Shown here: positions 60,624 to 64,000 of the stretch, piece after piece
Numbering within the stretch: the stretch's first letter is position 1
How the letters are laid out: each line of letters starts with the position of its first letter
NCBI GenBank assembly: GCA_963740085.1
Contig: CAVUCU010000001.1
Coordinates: forward strand, 1,248,001-1,312,000
Direction of reading: 5' to 3'
Source: Nitrospirota bacterium
GTDB taxonomy: Bacteria > Nitrospirota > UBA9217
Length of the DNA: 64,000 bases
Program-made: the position numbers and the translations under genes
The notes under the pieces: model-generated
What the model was told of the DNA's origin: nothing
Seen by the model: only the letters and a program-made list of their open reading frames with translations
Database searches by the model: none

Positions 60624-63169
60624 ATGGGCAAGAAAATACCGGTCAGCAAACCGATCTACAGTCCTTTACCCGCGGACGTCGAGGGGTTCGATTCCCTGGC
60701 CGAGCTTGCCCTGGACCTGCGTTCATCGTGGAATCATGCCACCGACCAGGTGTGGCGGCAGCTGGATCCCGTACTGTGGGAGCTCACGCATAACCCCTGG
60801 GTCGTCCTGCAGACGGTCTCGCGCGACCGGATCGAGCGCGTGCTGGCCGATGCCGTTTTTCGCAAGAACGTCGATGGCCTGGTGCGGACCAGGCGGCAAG
60901 CAGTGGCGGCGCCCGCGTGGTTTCAGCGAGTGCATTCAAAATCTCCCCTCACCTGCGTTGCGTATTTCAGCATGGAGTTCATGTTGAGCGAGGCTCTGCC
61001 CATCTACTCCGGCGGGCTCGGCAATGTGGCCGGCGATCAGCTCAAGGCCGCCGGCGATCTGGGCGTGCCCGTGATCGGCGTGGGGCTGCTGTACCAGCAG
61101 GGCTATTTCCGACAGGTGCTCGACAAGGACGGCGCGCAACAGGCACTCTACCCGTACAATGACCCCGGGCAGTTGCCGATCACGCCATTGCGCCAGGCGA
61201 ACGGTGAGTGGCTGCGGCTGAAGCTCGACCTGCCCGGTTACCCGGTCTGGCTGCGTGTCTGGCAGGTCCAGGTCGGCAGGGTGAGGCTTTACCTGCTGGA
61301 CAGCAATGACGCGGCGAATTTTCCCGCGCATCGGGGGATCACCAGTGAATTGTACGGCGGCGGGCCGGAACTGCGGCTGAAACAGGAGATCATGCTGGGG
61401 ATCGGCGGGTGGCGATTGCTCCGCGCGCTCGGCCTCCAGCCGGAAGTCTGCCACCTGAATGAAGGGCATGCGGCCTTTGCCGTCCTGGAGCGCGCCCGCA
61501 GTTTCATGCGGGAGACCGCGCAGCCCTTCGAAGTCGCGCTGGCCGTCACGCGCGCGGGGAACCTTTTCACCACCCACACGGCGGTGGCTGCCGGCTTTGA
61601 CCGCTTTGCCCCGGCCCTCATCGAGCAATACCTCGGTGGTTATGCCGAGCAGAAGCTCGGCATCACGCTCCGCGATCTGCTGGGCCTCGGCCGCCGGAAC
61701 CCGGATGATCCGTCGGAAAGCTTCAACATGGCCTATCTGGCGATCCGCGGCAGCGGGGCGATCAACGGCGTGAGCCGTTTGCATGGAAAGGTGAGCCGGC
61801 ACCTCTTTGAGCCCCTTTTTCCGCACTGGCCGCATGACGAAGTGCCGGTCGGACACGTGACGAACGGAGTTCACATGCCGACCTGGGACTCGGCGCCGGC
61901 CGACGATCTTTGGACGGAGGCCTGCGGAAAGGAACGCTGGACGGGGACAACGGAAACCCTGGAGAAGGACATTCGCCGCGTCTCCGACGCCAGTCTCTGG
62001 AAATTCCGCATTGCCGCCTCCGCGTCTCTTGTTGAATACGCCCGCGAGCGATTGTCCCGGCAACTGGCCGCCTCAGGCGCGACGCCCGAGGCGGTTGAAG
62101 GGGCGAAACATCTCTTTGATCCGAACGCGCTGACGCTGGGCTTTGCGCGCCGCTTCGCAACCTACAAGAGACCGAACCTGCTCTTGCACGACCCGGAGCG
62201 GCTGCTTCGCCTGTTAACAAATCAAAAGCGTCCGGTGCAGCTCATCCTTGCCGGCAAGGCCCATCCCGCGGACCAGTCGGGGCAGGCCCTGATCCAGCAG
62301 TGGACCCATTTCATCCGGCGGCCCGAGGCGCGCCCCCATGTGATCTTCCTCAGCGACTACGACATGCTGTTGACCGAGCACCTGGTGCAGGGGGTGGACG
62401 TCTGGGTCAACACGCCGCGCCGGCCCTGGGAGGCGAGCGGAACGAGCGGCATGAAGGTTCTCGTCAACGGAGGCATCAATCTGTCGGAGTTGGACGGCTG
62501 GTGGGCTGAAGCCTACCGGCCTGAAGTGGGGTGGGCGTTGGGAGACGGCAAGGAACATGGCGACGATCCGGCCTGGGATGCTGTAGAAGCCGGGGCGCTT
62601 TACGACCTGCTCGAACGCCAGGTGATCCCCGAGTTCTATGCTCGCGACAAGAAGGGCATCCCCACTGCCTGGGTGGCGCGGATGCGGGAAAGCATGGCGA
62701 GTCTGACCCCCCTCTTCTCGGCCAACCGCGCGGTGCGAGAATACACCGAGCAACACTACCTCCCGGCTGCTGCAACCTATCGCAAGCGAACTGCACGCAA
62801 AGGGGCCGTGGGCAGACAGGTGGTTGATTGGCGGCATTTGCTGGATCAAAAATGGACCGCACTCCGCTTCGGCGAAGTGAAGATCGAGACCAAGGGGAAG
62901 CAGCATGTATTCGAGGTTCAGGTCTATCTTAACGATCTCGACCCGAAGGCAGTGCGGGTGGAGCTTTATGCAGAAGCTGTTAACGGCGGTGAACCGGTGC
63001 GGCAGGAGATGAAGCGCCTTCGTAGGCCGGCCGGCGCAGACGGCGTACTGTTTACAGCGCGGCAGTATCTGCGGCCCGTTCGGCGACGGACTATACGGCG
63101 CGCGTAATACCGTACTTCGCCGGTTTTGCAGTTCCGCTGGAAGAGGTGCGGATCCTGTGGCAGCGATGA
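60624..63169 (+). CDS. glgP: Alpha-glucan phosphorylase; frameshift near 63045
   Basis: YSGGLG, HLNEGH, ARRFATYKR and EASGTSGMK motifs; expected C-terminus DYTARVIP...PLEEVRILWQR* lies in the shifted frame. Confidence 0.9.
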
Positions 63170-63280
63170 TCTTAGGGGAGCCAGGGCCACGAACAATACG
63201 AAACAGCGCGATTCTTTCGGAGCCCACACCGATGAGCGGATAGATGCCAGGGGCGCATTTCACGCGGGAAGGGAGAAGAT

Positions 63281-64000
63281 ATGACCACGAGGAAACCGGA
63301 TGACCAGCTCGAACCGACCGTGTTCGTTATTTTTGGCGGCGCCGGTGACCTGACCTGGCGGAAACTCGTGCCGGCCCTGTTTGACCTCTCCCAGGACCGC
63401 AGTATGCCCGCTGATTTTTCGGTCATCGCGGTGGATCGTGTTGACCTGAGCGACGAAAAGCTGCGCAGGCGTCTCCACGACGGCGTCAAAAAGTTCTCGC
63501 GCCAGGGAACAGTGAAAAACGGCGAATGGAGGGAGTTTGCCAGGCATATCCACTACCAGCAGGGCGATTTCAAGAAGCTGCGGACGTATACGGCCCTGGG
63601 CGAAAATGCGCGAAGCTGGAAAAGGAATGGGGCGCCAAGACCCACCGCGTCTTTTACATGGCCACACCGCCGGGCATGTTCGGCGAGATCCCGAAATACC
63701 TCGGCAAGGCCGGACTGGCGCGTGACCGGGAATGTGCGCGGATCGTGGTCGAAAAACCGATCGGCTATGACCTGGAATCCGCCCGCGCCCTGAATGCCGT
63801 CCTCTCTGCTCATTTCGAGGAATCCCAGATCTTTCGCATCGACCATTATCTGGGCAAGGAAACGGTGCAGAACATTCTGGCCTTCCGCTTTGCCAATCCG
63901 CTCTTCGAGCCGATCTGGAACCGGCGTTACGTGGACTATGTTACCATCACCGCGGCTGAAGAGGTGGGCGTAGGACATCGAGGCGGTTATTACGACCACG
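63281..64000 (+). CDS. zwf: Second glucose-6-phosphate dehydrogenase; frameshift near 63605, truncated by the window end
   Basis: [11 protein letters not shown], then in the shifted frame FYMATPP, EKPIG and [13 protein letters not shown]. Confidence 0.88.

Overview
A 64-kb bacterial chromosomal segment. Gene content is compatible with an anaerobic or microaerophilic Gram-negative organism such as Nitrospirota or Desulfobacterota, but this is inference. The main finding is a 13.6-kb minus-strand operon (5494-19116) of DUF11/'conserved repeat' Ig-like proteins. Its DUF11 domains appear split: several subunits end in a domain that keeps the isopeptide Lys and Asp but lacks the Asn strand, while others begin with that Asn strand. 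The pattern fits a sortase-independent, covalently linked donor-strand filament: lectin tip, adaptor, shaft and an OmpA/beta-barrel anchor, plus a catalytically dead 'chaperone' subunit. The operon ends with a protein in which six MshEN c-di-GMP motifs precede an internal lipoprotein signal. The window also holds cysM, parC, opp ATPases, an acetate/acyl-CoA cluster, a divergent RelA/SpoT-like nucleotidyltransferase, and rrf2-cydAB with a duplicated palindromic operator and an ahpC 3' remnant. Further on are tRNA-Val and tRNA-Asp, msrB, a selenocysteine (UxxC) DsbA/FrnE missed by the ORF track, htpG and a glucose/glucan catabolic cluster. At least six genes carry single-base indels, most likely assembly errors. 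No CRISPR array, rRNA or transposase was seen.
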